From Octopus vulgaris (lineage: Eukaryota), in assembly GCA_951406725.2 (NCBI GenBank), contig OX597815.1, positions 125,426,001-125,490,000 of the forward strand: 64,000 nt of DNA, written 5' to 3'. The position numbers and the translations under genes are program-made. The first letter of the stretch is position 1; each line of letters starts with the position of its first letter. Shown here piece by piece: positions 39,201 to 52,350 of the stretch. Below the pieces are notes generated by a model. That model had not been told where the DNA came from. It was given only the letters and a program-made list of their open reading frames with translations, and searched no databases.

Positions 39201-40884
39201 TTGGAGAAAGCCTTTGACAGGGTCCCCCGATCCGTTATCTGGTGGGCGATGTGGAAACTGGAGATTGACAAATGGTTAATAAGGGCTGTACAGGCCCTTT
39301 ACAGAGAGGCCATTAGATAAGGTTAGGATTGACAATGAGTATAGTGAAGAATTCCGGGTAGAAGTAGGGGTCCACCAAGGTTCAGCCCTCAGTCCCCTTT
39401 TATTCATCATAGTCCTCCAGGCAATTACAGAGAAATTCATGACAGGTTGCCCCTGGGAGCTCCTCTATGCTGATGACCTGGCCCTCATAGCAGAATCACT
39501 ACTGAAACTAGAAAAGAAATTTCGGGTGTGGAAGCTAGGTTTAGAATCAAAAGGCCTTAGAGTCAATGTAGCAAAGACCAAAGTTCTAGTAAGTAGGAAG
39601 GCAAACTCATCACACACCTCCTAGGTAGGTGGCCCTGCTTGATCTGTAGAAAAGGTGTAGGTAGGAACTCCATAAGATGTGTCCAGTATAAGCTATGGAC
39701 ACATAAGAGGTGCAGCAACATCAAAAGAAAATTAACCGAGAAGATAGCTTTTGTGTGCAGCAGATGCACAGGGGCAATAGACACCACAGATAGTCAGAAA
39801 ACAGATTCCATCACATTCCAGGGGAAGAAACTAAAAGTAGTTGATAGTTTCCGCTACCTAGGTGACTAAGTTAGTGGGGGGGGTGGTGCTCAGAGAGTGT
39901 TACCACTAGAATAAGAATAGCCTGGGCAAAGTTTAGAAAGCTTCTTCCCCTACTGGCGACAAAGGGTCTCTCGCTCAGAGTGAAAGGTAGATTGTACGAT
40001 GCATGTGTGCAAACTGCCATGCTTCACAGAAGTAAAAAATGGGCCATGACTGCAGAGGACAGGCGTAGGCTTGAAAGAAATGAAGCTAGCATGATCCACT
40101 GGATGTGTTATGTCAGTGTGCATGCACGACTGAGTGTAAGTGCTCTGAGAGAAATGTTGGACATAAAAAGCATCAGATGTGGCATACAGGAGAGACGTTT
40201 GCGTTGGTATGGTCATGTACTACGGATGGATGAGGAGAGGTGTGTGAAGAAGTGCCACTCCCAAACTGTTGAAGGAATCTGAGGTAGTGGTAGACCCAGG
40301 AAGACATGGGATGAGGTGATCAAGCATGACCTTTGAATGTTGGGCTTCACAGAGGCTATGACAAAAGACCGAGACCTCTGGAGATATGCTGTGACTGCGA
40401 AGAGCCGACAAATGAAGTGAGTTCATGGCTTGCAGGATGGCCTGCTGTGCTAACCTTGGATTGTAGTATGACCTGTTGTGCTTGAGGAGACCTATTGAGT
40501 CAAGTACATCAACATCAAAATAAAAATCAAATGGAAATTGTAATTGTGATCCCTGTGCCGGTGGCACATAAGAAAACAACCATCCAAACGTGGCCGATGC
40601 CAGTGCCGCCTTGACTGGCATCCGTGCCGGTGGCATGTACAAAGCACCAACCGATCATGGCAGTTTGCCAGCCTCCTCTGGTCCCTGTGCCAGTCGCACG
40701 TAGAAAGCATCCACTACACTTACAGAGTGGTTGGCATTAGGAAGGGCATCCAGCTGTAGAAACACTGCAAGATCAGACTGGAGCCTGGTGCAGCCTCCTG
40801 GCTTCCCAGACCCTGGTCGAACCGTCCAACCCATGCTAGCATGGAAAATAAATGTTAAACGATGATGGTGATGATGATGATGAG
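36223..40884 (+). mobile_element. Full-length degenerate RTE-clade LINE in MRPL10 intron 4
   Basis: About 1.1 kb pyrimidine-rich 5' region. APE ORF 37313-38068 (GTVNVGTL, IQEVRW, VGDFNGHVG, SQIDFIL). RT pieces KAPGPSG, NYRGIKLL, KAFDRV, LYADD. (GAT)n tail at 40861-40883. Candidate TSD GATTCTTTCT at 36213-36222 and 40885-40894. Confidence 0.9.
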
Positions 40885-41600
40885 GATTCTTTCTTTTTTA
40901 TTCACCACAACAGTGTCTGGTTTCCGATGTCTGGCCAGGTGATTGCACTGAATCATTGCATCCCTCAGGATTTTGCAATCTTCATTCTCAGTGACTTCTG
41001 GGGTTTTCTCATACCACGTCTTTGCTCTTTGTAGGCCATGATTTCCACAGAGCTCCCAATGGGTCATTCTTGCCACATTGTCATGTTGTCTTTTGTATTC
41101 GTTCTGTGCCAATTTCGGGTATTTGCTAATGATGTGCCATACTGTTTCACCCCTCTCACCACACATTCTTCAGGTCACTCCTCCTCATCCCTAGCCATTA
41201 GTCTTCTGTATCTGTCTTGCAAACTGACTGTACATTTTTTTCTCCTTCCATGTTTTTTTTTCTTGTGTTCTTTTCCTCTTTAAGTTTTTCTTTCTTTACA
41301 CAATTATCAGTTTTTATGACGCCAAACTTCACATGTTTCAACAATGGTTCCACGGTAATTGTTACATACCACCCTAAGCTGTTTTCCTCTGTTTCGATAC
41401 AATCCTGGCAACTGATCAAATCTCTCCCACCCTTTCTTCTAGACAAGTACAGCTTATCAGTGTCTCCACTCTTAGGGTGGAAGGCTCTGTGCACGGTCAA
41501 TATTTTTCTTGTCTTCATATCTATGTTCATCAGTTTGCAACATGCTGGCAAAATCATTAGCACACTGGACAAACTACTTAGCATCCTTTTGTTCATCTTT
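40885..41600 (-). mobile_element. R4/Dong-like RLE retrotransposon fragment, upstream part
   Basis: DKLYLSRRKGGR, CG..GETVWHIIS, YKRQHDNVAR, KPDTVV: thumb, CCHC, RHD and PD motifs of restriction-like-endonuclease LINEs. Confidence 0.8.
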
Positions 41601-42440
41601 CTATTCTGAGTTCAAATTCTACCAAGGTTGGCTTTGCCTTTCATTCTTTTGGGAGTTGATGAAATAAGTACCAGTCAAACACTGTGGTCAATGTAATCAA
41701 CTAGCCCCAATTCCCAAAATTTCTCGCCTTATGCCTATAGTAGAAAGGATTGTCATCATTAAAGCTGTGAGCTGGCAGAATTGTTAGCACAAGGCGGTGA
41801 GCTGGCAGAAATGTTAGCACGCCGGGTGAAATGCTTAGCTGTATTTCGTCTGCTGTTACGTTCTGAGTTCAAATTCCACCAAGGTTGACTTTGCCTTTCA
41901 TCCTTTCGGGGTTGATAAATTAAGTACCAGTTATGCACTTGGGTCGATCTAATCGACTTAATCTCTTTGTCTGTCCTTGTTTGTCCCTTCTATGTTTAGC
42001 CCTTTGCGGGCAATAAAGAAATAAGAATTGTTAGCACATCAGATAAAATATTTAACAGTGTTTAGTCCATATTTATGTTCTGTGTGCAAATACTGTTGAA
42101 GTCGACTTTGCTTTTCATCTTTTAGGGTAATTGAAATAAGTAACAGTCAAGTACTGGGGTGGATGTAATCGACATACCCAATTCCCTAAAATTGTTGGCC
42201 TTGTTCCAAAATTTGAAACCATTACTATTATCATCATTTTGGTGAGCTGGCAGAACCATCACAGGATCTGAAAAAATGCTTTCAGTATTTGTTCTGTTTC
42301 TTTATATTATGGTTTCAAACCCCATCAAAGTCATCTTTATCTTTCATCCTTTTGGGGTCAATAATATAAAGTAACAGTCAAGTACTGGAGTTGACTGTAT
42401 GAACTAACCTACTACCTCAAAATTTCAAGCCCTGTGCCTA
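41600..42440 (+). mobile_element. Cluster of tandem/nested tRNA-derived SINEs
   Basis: Four copies of the core ttgcctttcatcctttyggggtygataaa..agtaccag. The youngest-looking copy (41792-42023) has TSD AGAATTGTTAGCACA. Confidence 0.85.
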
Positions 42441-43748
42441 TATGAAAGCAATTATGACTAAGTGGGGGTTAAGAAGTTCACTTCCTAATCATATGGTTTC
42501 AGGTGCCTTCTTTATCCTTGGGTTGACCAAAGCCTTGTAAATAGATTTGGTTACTAGAAACTGAAAGAAGCTCATCCTGTATATATGTGTGTGCGTGTGT
42601 GTGTGTGTCTTTGCCTTGAGATCACACAAGTTGTAAACTGGTGTCATTATCATGTAAGTAGTGTCAATCATTTCCTCTCAGCTGGGGGTTCATGACAGGA
42701 AAGGCATTTGGCTATAGAAAACTTGCTTCAGCGAATTCCTTGCAAACATGGAAATGTTGACATTAAAAACAATGATGATAAGAGCACACTTTCTTTGAAA
42801 TCTATCCAAAAGCATCCTTAACTTTTAGGTATTGAAATCAATGGGGTCAGTAATTTGATCTTATCATGTCAAAAGCACTTCAGAAAATTAAATAAGGTCC
42901 TGCTACCCCACTCCATACATTGCTTGTGGAGGCATACAGCTTAGTGGTTAGGCTGTTGGACTCACAATCATAAAAATTGAAAGACTTCCAACAACTAAAA
43001 AACATTAACAATTAATTTACAAATATCATCTACGCAAGGGTGTAGCATTGTTAGTCCACATTATTCTGTAAGGAGCATAGGGTCGGTTTCCCAGCTCCTC
43101 TGGTGTATATATTTTTCCATGGACAGGATGCTGGTCTGTCATAGGATAACTCAGTTTTGCCAACTGGGTGGACTGGAACAATGTGAAATAACTGATTTGC
43201 TTAAGAACACAATGCATCGCCTGGCCCAGGAATCGAAATCACAATCTTACAATTGTGAGTCCAACACCTTAACCACTAAACCATATGCCTCCACAAGCAT
43301 TTAGCATAGTAATTTTAAAATTGTGTCTTCATGACAAAGTTATCACTTATTAGTATTTCCTAAAACATATTTGATTTCTAGTGAAGACGCGTTACTTAGT
43401 GGTTAGGGTGTTGCTGTGATAGCAAGGTTTTGATCCTCAGACTGGATGGTGCATTGTCTTGAGCAAAACGCTTCATTTTATGTTACTCCATTTCACTCAG
43501 CTTTAAATGAGTAGCCCCCGCAATAGACTTGCATCCTGTCCAGGAAGTATGTTGTGATCTTGGTCACTTATTTGCCGTGGAATGTGGGTAACTTTGGGCA
43601 GTATTAACCGTTTTTTAGTTGATTATTCATAAATATGACTCCATATTCTTCAGTCAGAAAACATCCACAGACTTCTTTACCTGAGTACTTATTTCTTGCA
43701 GATACAAAGGTTTCAATGTGTTAATTATGCTTTCTTTTTACCTTTCAG

Positions 43749-43945
43749 GTGGTGCTATAGAAAACCATTTATTAACTCGTGACGGAGTTGTAGCATTCTC
43801 TAAATTATCATTAGAAAATGTCCAAAGCGAGTTGGTGGGTTTGCTGGCATCCAACAGTGCAACTGCTTCCAGTCTACTTGATCATCACCAGAGACAGCTT
43901 GTAGCAAATCTAAAACAGTTATCAATACAAGACTCTCAAGACTAA
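43749..43945 (+). CDS. MRPL10: MRPL10 exon 5 (terminal coding exon)
   Basis: cctttcag| GGAIENHLLTRDGVVAFSKLSLENVQSELVGLLASNSATASSLLDHHQRQLVANLKQL..* resembles the recalled vertebrate mL10 C-terminus (LLGGCIDDTILSRQG...SKLPSL...GELVG). The exons sum to 723 nt = 240 aa + stop. Confidence 0.9.
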
Positions 43946-44495
43946 ATCATAAACATTAATTTATTGTCATCAGTTATTAATTACTGTTTTTGGAATTGCA
44001 TCAGTTTTAAGAAAAAAGAACAAAATTCATTTGAAAACAATGATGTTTTTGTGTAATCTTTTTTATTATGTATTGATATCTTTTTTATTGCTTACCTTTA
44101 TTTTCCCAGCTAACTGGATCTTATGGCTTTTATTGGATCAAATGCTTTCACTAACTGCTAGATGTTTAATTTTGTGCATCTGGACAAGTACCATAATTCT
44201 ACTTTCTTCAGCATGCCTGATGAATAGAATATATTCTGTCCTCTTAACTGTTCATTGGTTAGCAATGGCAAGACATCTGACTATAGTTCTACATTTCTTT
44301 CCTATTTGGTTTCATCAACCAACTTGACTATAAAATTAATATGTAAACTATATCACATGAATATGTATACTATATCACATGAAGATATTGTAATTAACAA
44401 TACCAAAAACAATGAAGAAAGTGGTTTGATTAAACCTTATTATTTACACTACATAATTCCTGAAAAATGGTGTTGCAACTTAGTAGGATTCGTAA

Positions 44496-44501
44496 AATAA
44501 A
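44496..44501 (+). terminator. Candidate polyadenylation signal of MRPL10
   Basis: AATAAA about 550 nt after the stop, at the end of unique AT-rich sequence and just before repeats resume. Confidence 0.45.
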
Positions 44502-46892
44502 TTCTTTTGAAAATATTAAGACCATAAATTATCAGCATGGTAAGAATATTGCAGGAGATGCCCTGTGGTATTTGGCCCAGCACTTTGCATTCTGAGTTCT
44601 AATCCCACAGCCTACTTGAGTGATAGACTTAATCTGCTGCTCAGTTTAACACTATAACTTGGCCCTTGTTTACCCTTAGAATCCAGTCTAGTCCAAGTAT
44701 TTTGTCTAGGTCTCTAGTCTGAGGATTCTTGCTCCCTTTCTTCCACCAGTCTCAGGGCCCTGTAAAAAGTCATGGGTATTATTTTTCTTTCTGACTAAAA
44801 AAAAAACAAACTTGTATTTAGATTATACTTTATGAATGGATTTTGATATATCGGCCTGGTGTTGGTACTATGTAAAAAGCACTGGTGATGGTGCCATGTA
44901 AAAAGCTCCCAGTACACCTCTGTAAAGTAGTTGGCAGTCAGAAGGGCATAACCTAGTGAAGCTCTCTGGCTTGCCAGTTCTGGTCAAAATGTCCAACCTC
45001 TGTCAGCATGGAAAATGGATATTAAATGATAATGATGACAATTGACTTTGGTTTTCACCAGCCAATGGATACAATAAGTTCTACTTTGATCTACCATACC
45101 TATCTCTCTACACAATATAGTCTTCTACCTGCTGAGAAAATATTGAGAAGATGAAGGGCTGATTTAGACAAAACAAAAGAATAACTGGTTTTATCTCTTT
45201 AATTTCATTCATTTATTTCGCTTCTCTTTTTTTATTGGATACATTATGAATCTCTATGAGAGTTGAAAACTGAGTACTGGTATTTAGATTTTTAATACAA
45301 ATACTTGGTTCATCAGTTGATGAGTTTGTATATTGCTACTTTGTTTGAATGACTGAAACTTAAGATAAATTTATCTACATAAATTAAAGATAAGTACTAG
45401 CTTGGTCTTCTGTAGTTTGTGAATAGGGAGTAGTTTGATTCTTCATCTAAGACCCACTTTTGCATGCTTGCATGGGTTAGATGAATACATTATGAAGACA
45501 CTGATTTACAGTCACATACCCTTCTTATTGCTAACCCATACCTGTCTTTTTTTACTAAGGGGTCTCTTATTTCACATGTCTACCTATGAAGGTGCAAAAT
45601 TAATAAATAAGCTGTTGACAAAGAAAATGACAACACCAGTAATAGTAACTGCTGTAGAGTGCAAATGTGGAAAAACACAGTGATGCACACACATGCACAC
45701 AGATAGATGTGTATGTACAATGGGCTTCTTTCAGTTTCCTTCTGCCACATTCACTCATAAGAGAATTTGTCTGCACCATTTCTAAAGAGTTCTCTCTTTT
45801 CAAAGAGATATTGTGAAGGTAGAAAGTAAAGGGTGTCATAAGTTTTCCAGCCAGTGTAATTAATGTCAATATTGAAAACAATGTACTGATGCCATTTATC
45901 CACATTGTTATCATTATTTTATGTATGCTTTCCATACTGACATGACTTTAATTGACCATCACTTTCCCCTCCTAGATAGGTTGAAGGACTCTCGCTCTTG
46001 CATTTCATCTTTGATATGGCTTCTATGGCTGGATGCCTTTCCTATCACAAACCACTTTACAGAGTGTACTGAGTGCATTTTATTGTGGTACCAGTACGAA
46101 AATGGTAAGGTAGTAATATTAATATTATAAAAGCTGGCAGTTTACTCTGTGCAAATTAAGATTGTTGATTATGTCTCATTGTCAATTCAGATAACTTTAT
46201 TTATTTTACTTGTGTCCTTGAGAAAAGCATAAAATTACATTTTCTTATCCTCTCAGAAATAAATGAATATTAAATGAAAATTGAATGCTTTGGTATGGCA
46301 TTAAGTTCTGTGGAAGCCAAGTTTGTAACTGATCCAGTTTTAATTTGAAGCTGGAACCTCTTCAGTTACATCATTGATCATGTTTGTGGGAAAAACGATC
46401 ACAATTTCTCATTCTTCATTCTTATAAATATGAGATTTTTTTCTTTATATAGCTTAATCCCCACCCACATATAACAACTTGGTAGCTTGTTCTATGCTTT
46501 CAGTAACTGTTTTAAGTACCTATGTAGTTGTGTGCAAACAGACATGTAAGTCCTCCCAGTAGAATATGACAGCTGGAGGAAAAGAAAGCTGCACCAGCAA
46601 TCAGTTGATACTCATTTTCAGCTCAGTTTACTGGAGAAACCTAAAATGATGTACCTTGCTTCACAACACACAACCCAGTCCAAGAATTAAAACCATGACC
46701 TTATGATTGTGACTTCAACACCCTAACCACTAGGCCACACAAGTTCTTTATGCAAGAAATCAGTTTTATGAAAGACATGGTGTTTGACAGTGTTTGGCTC
46801 AGTTAACCTGTGGACTCTTGGTTTTAGAGCAAAACTATAGCAGTTATAGTACAAGTATTGTAGCTATGGGTTTAACCTAGTGTAAATAATTC

Positions 46893-47216
46893 TTATTACC
46901 TTTGCTTTAGTGAAGGCAGAGGTATAGTTTTCAGTTGATGGATTTGGATGAAACTTTCAGGGATGTTTGGCCTTGTGACTGGTACAAACTGATTAGATTT
47001 TGGGATTGATCCATTACTGGACAAGGATTCTGGATTATTTTTCCAGTTCTTTTACTTAATTTTTGAGAGTGTTTGGGTTTATTTTTAATATTCTCGTTTG
47101 TGAGAGCAGTTGAGTTTATTTCTGATATTCTCATTTTAAAAATCATCACTGGCTAATCATTGAGAGGACGTTGGTGTTACCTTGGCAGAGGTTTGCGCTC
47201 CCTGAGGGCTCTTGTT
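46893..47216 (+). mobile_element. Helentron-associated non-autonomous element (HINE/DINE-1-like)
   Basis: ttattacctttgc...ggcagaggt subterminal repeat at the start; cttggcagaggtttgcgctccctgagggctc subTIR plus hairpin at the end. Confidence 0.6.
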
Positions 47217-47217
47217 A

Positions 47218-48006
47218 TCTCTATATATATAAACGGCAGTTTGTCTGTCTGTGTGTCTGTCAGGTTGTACCTTCACCCTGACCACGGCTTTCAGCTGATT
47301 CTGATGAAACTTGACACACACATAGCCCAATGTCATAATTCAAAACTAACACAGCGAAAATTTTGAAAAGTTCCCCCAGTTCTGATAAAAATTGATAAAT
47401 TCGACATGGGGTCGAGAATCTAAGCTTTTTATATGCAACACATTTTCTGTTGTAGTTTTCGCAACTTGCAATCGATTTTCACCAAACTCATGGTGAAGCT
47501 TAATGTTACCCTAAGAAACTTAATTCTGATGTTAGATTTCCATGCAATACCTTACCATCAGAAAAAATTGATAAAATCATGCCATTTTGGGAAATCGCGT
47601 TCAAATTCAAGATGATATCTTTTCGACAATATCTTTCACAAATTGGCAGGAATTTTTTTTTAAATTCACAGCGAGCATCATGTCTGCTCCAAGGAGCTAT
47701 ATGGCCCTTTTTATTCCAATAGGATACTTTATTACTGGAAAAAATCGGTTATTAAATCATATGTGGCACACATAGCAAAGCGATTTGTGTATTAAACACA
47801 AACTGTCTAGGGGACACAACTCGACCTTTTTATCGCCCAAAGGGACAGCTAGGAACATTCGTATACACCGAAGTATTCGAGTGAAGAGAAGACATTGCAA
47901 CCTACACATGCGCCTTCATTCCTTAGAGGGAAAGGACTAGATTGGGATTAGTCGTTGCCTACTAGGGGCTCTTACATACCCGGGCAACGCCGGGCTATGC
48001 TGCTAG
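47218..48006 (+). mobile_element. Non-autonomous Helitron
   Basis: A|TCtctatatatataaa ... CCCGGGCAACGCCGGG hairpin ... CTAG|T. Confidence 0.88.
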
Positions 48007-48738
48007 TTGTTAATATTTGTTGGTAATTTAAATGCAATGTTCTTCTGGAAAGAAAAGGACAAAAATAGAAGCTTGGATGATCTTTAAGGATTCTCTACAT
48101 TTCCCCACTTCATACTACATTGGCTTAACTGCGTGGTTAAGAAGCTTGTATCTCAACCACATAATTTTGGGTTCAGTCCCACTGCGTGACATCTTAGGCA
48201 AAAGCCTTGTGAGTAGATTCAGTTGACAAAAACTTAAAGAAGCCTGTTGTGTATGTGTATGTATATACATACACATATGTGTGTTTGTGTGTGTGTCTCA
48301 TGACATGGTGTGATAGTTATAAGCAAGTATCACCATCTGTAAAGACTTTGTCTGGTCAAGAGAAATATTACTTATTTGGAAATAGGTCAGGGTTGTGACA
48401 GGAAGGGGCATCTGGTTGTTGAAAATCTGTATGAATTCTGTCTGACCTGTTCATGCATTAAAAAGTAGATGCTGATGATATTGATAATTTAGGTTTTATA
48501 GTCTTAAGCCTCTGAACTTCAGAAAGAAAAGATTATGATTTTACTCCTTCTTATCAGAACTATATTGTATTTCTTCTTCTTTTTTTTTCTTTTACTTGTT
48601 TCAGCCATTTGACTGCAGCCATGTTGGAGCACTGCCTTTAGTTGAACAAATCGATCCCAGGATTTATTCTTTGTAAGCCCAGTACTTATTCTATCGGTCT
48701 ATTTTGTGGAACTGCTAAGTAACAGGAACCTAAACACA

Positions 48739-49530
48739 CTAACATTGTTCAACCGTGGTTGAGACAATGGAATTTACCATGCTACACCAGACTTCACGGT
48801 CCATCATAGTATTACGGAGGTCCTGTTGCTGGATGCCTGTATCCCTGGAGATTACATAAGGGTAGGAGAGTGTGTGCCCTCTGGTATTGCGAGTAGATAG
48901 CTTCCAGAGAAGAGTAGAAATTGCCTCGTTTTCAGCTCTACAACAATGTCCAGCAAACTGGACTCTCCTACCTTTCACAAGAGATGACACAGGTGGTAGT
49001 TTCCCATATATTTGCATTTTGGTTGGATGATGCTTCCATGAGAGATTTTGAGCTCTCATAAGGAGGTGAGTGTAGGTTCCATCCAACCGCCTCTCAAGCT
49101 TCTTTGATAATAACCAGGTTTCTGAGCCATATAGTAGAATTGGTTTGACTGTGGCTTTGAAGATTTCAAGTTTGGAGTCTCTACTTAGATTTGATGACCA
49201 GATCTTATGCATGTCATTACAGGCTGACCAGGTCATACCCTTTTTAGTTAGAAAATCTTTTCCAGATGATGATATGTATGACCCAAGATATTTGTAATCA
49301 GAAACCATATTTAAGGGCGCATTGTTGAGAGTATGGATGATGCAATCACTGTTGGACAGGCACTTGTTTATATATTCAGTTTTGGCCTCATTGAGGTAAA
49401 GACCTACACAATTTGAGGCTTGTTCGAGAGATTGTAAAAGAGACTGGGCATTGGAGAGAGAATCACTGATAAGAGCGATGTCATCAGCAAAGTCAATGTC
49501 TGTCAAGTATTCAGCTGGGTGTCTGGAACT
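48739..49530 (-). mobile_element. 5'-truncated RTE/RTEX-like LINE fragment (255-aa RT C-terminal ORF) inside a SINE
   Basis: DIDFADDIAL, GLYLNEAKTE, YKYLGS, PILLYGSETW, RRVQFAGHC. Flanked by two halves of one SINE-type repeat (48590-48738 and 49535-49720). Confidence 0.85.
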
Positions 49531-49949
49531 TCTTCAAACACAGACACACAAATACATACGTATATATATATATATACACACACGCACACACGATGGGCGT
49601 CTTTCAGTTTCCATTTACCAAATCCACTCACAATGCTTTCGTTGGCCCTAGCTGCCATGCAGTAGGACTGAACCCAGAACTATGTGGTTGGAAGGCAAGC
49701 TTCTTACCACACGCCCACTCCAACAATTTAAAAAATATTTTACGTTCATGTGCTTTTCAAATGAAGTTGACTTTAGCTATGGTTGTGAGACATGATCTCT
49801 GTATACATTAAAGTTGTGCAAAGGTTGGTAAGAAATGAAGTTAGCATGCTCCACTGGATATATAATGCTAGTGTACTTGAATGACAGAGTGCAAATGAGC
49901 TTAGTTTCGGTTATTAGACTGTGCCTTTGTTTGGGGCATTGACTGGCTT

Positions 49950-50695
49950 TAAAGTTTGTAGGTATTCAGCACTTCTGTATGCAACTGTCTCCATCCATAC
50001 ACATCTCATTACCACACCAGTGCAGTCATTTGTCTTGCTCACTTCATCTAACTCCCCTTATGCTCAACTTTTCTCTCAATACACTAGTGCTCTGTTGCAC
50101 ATGTGTACTGACATTGCATTTCCAGCAGATCATATTAACTTCATTCCTCTCTAGCCTGCCTTCGCATGTCTTTTGCATTCAGGGCCCACATCTTACTACC
50201 ATGTAGCATTACTGTTCATATACATGCATCATACTGTGAATTTTCTCCATCCTATTTTTATTCTAGCTATTACACTCTCAGTACATCCTTCTCTGCTAAT
50301 TTGGTCCTCTAGGTAGTAGACATGGTTCACTATCTCTCCAGAGCCTCCAAGGCATTTGAGAAAATTGATTTCCTGAGTATCTAGTTTTTATGGCTCCTGT
50401 GCATCTTCCACATAAACACTACCTTCTCTGATAACCTTCCTATTATTCCACTGCACCTCTTGTGTGTCCACAGCTTGCACTGGGTACATCGTATGGAATT
50501 CCTGCCTACACCTTTTCTGCATATCAAGCAGGGCCATTTTCTTAATGGAAGAAGGGTCCTGTCCATTTTTTCTATCTAGAACCTTAGTTTTTGCTTTGTT
50601 AACCTTATGGTTCCCTTTTGATTCCAGCTTTTGCTTCCACACCTGGAATTTCTTTTCTAGTTCTGTTATAAGAGCAAGGCCATCAGCATCAAATA
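49950..50695 (-). mobile_element. RTE LINE internal fragment (RT C-terminus + PHD-like finger)
   Basis: WKQKLESKG..VNKAKTKVL and CLICRKGVGRNSIRCTQCKLWTHKRCS. Confidence 0.8.
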
Positions 50696-51470
50696 CTACT
50701 TAGCACTAATAACCATGAGCATGGGGAGATAACTTGTGTCTTTTTCAGCACTCCACTGCCAAAACACATGAACACTCATTAGCATGTCTCTCAAAATGAG
50801 ATTAAATGAAAATTGGGACAGAAACATCTTAAAATTGATATTTTATCTAGAACTAGGAATCTAATACCAATATTGCACTTGTTTCTCTACCTCATTATTC
50901 TTGCTGTGTCCTACTCCACCCTATCTCCCGTCCTGTGCTAGTCATTGCACTCATTCCTTCCTTCCAGAACATTGACCCTCTGGAACTGCCTCTCTGCTGC
51001 TCATGTATTTCCCACTCATATTGAAAATTGGAATCAATAAAATCATCTATATTCCTTGCAGTAAATTTAGGGTCTTGTGCACATGTCATAAATCTTTTCC
51101 TTCTTCTTATTAAAGGAAGTTGGTACTTATGGTTTATAAAAGAAATCTGTTTAAAGATTATATACTTATTTAGTTCTAGCCCAGCCAGCTTTTTCACAAA
51201 ATGCTTTGTTTACTCATTTCTTTACTAGTAAAATATTTTTCAGCTTTGTTCAGAACATCTAGGGATGTTCATTACTTAAAGACACCAAATGAGGTCAAAA
51301 CTGCATGTCTGGTGATATGAGGGACCCTTTTTTTTTTTCATGTACAAATCTTTTTTTGAAGTTTCTCTGAGACAAAATATTGCAGCTGGTGCTATTCTAC
51401 ATTTGTATGTACATCATAAATCTTATACATAGTGTTATATATATGACAGGTTTCTTCCACCTTCTAGCTA

Positions 51471-52350
51471 TGTGGTGGTATCAAAAAGTTCCCAGACTTG
51501 TTATGATTCATAAAAATCAAGTTATTTACCTAAATTTTAATATCATCTCCTTCGAAATAGTCACCTTGTGCAGCAATACACCAGTCCCAGTATTTCTGTC
51601 ATTTTTGGAATCCAGCCTCGAAGTCGTTTTCTGTAAATGAGTCAAGGACCTTCTGTGATTATTCACTCTTGATCTTGACAACTGTGTTTAAACAGCAACC
51701 TTTGAGCTGCATTTTCACCTTGGGGAAGAGATTAAATTCGACAGATGCTAAACCTGGTGAATAGGGCAGGTGCAGAAGCAATAGTATGTTGTTTTTATTG
51801 AGAAACTCACGAGTGAGGGGAGCTCAGTGACAGGGAGTATTGTCATCATGAAGAATCCAATTCTTTGTATCCCAAAGATCCAGTCATTTTTGCTAAATGT
51901 CTTCTCTCAAACACTTCAAAACATTATCGACTGTCCTCCAAAATATCCTCATGCACAAGCTGATGAATTTCTCCACATTTCAAGGGATGACACTCATGGT
52001 AGGTCTTCCAGATCACTCATTGTCTTTCAAGGAAGTTCTTTCACTTTTGAAGTACCCATGCCACTCAAAACATTACATAGGATCCATTGCCTCATTGCCA
52101 TAAGCTTCCCAAAGCATAAAATTTCTTGTTGGCTTTTTGTTTTATCTTCCTGTCCATGACAAAAATTGCAGACTACAGCATACATGTGATCACAAAAACA
52201 CAAATTTCACAACTTGTGAAGTAAACACAGTGATGTTACTTGGCACACTGACTCATGAAGATCCCTATTCGCTCTCACTGCACACGACTGTGTGTTGCCA
52301 TTTGCTTGCACACTACAGAACTAGTTTGGTAAGTTTTTGATACCACCTCA
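51471..52350 (-). mobile_element. Mariner remnant with both TIRs
   Basis: About 30-bp TIRs: tgtggtggtatcaaaaagttcccagacttg and, reverse-complemented, tgaggtggtatcaaaaacttaccaaactag. Minus-strand WILHDDNTPCH and HLPYSPGLA motifs. Confidence 0.85.

Noticed and set aside
41792-41880. tRNA-like A/B boxes at several sites
   Set aside because: SINE heads followed by SINE bodies and TSDs; no intact cloverleaf.
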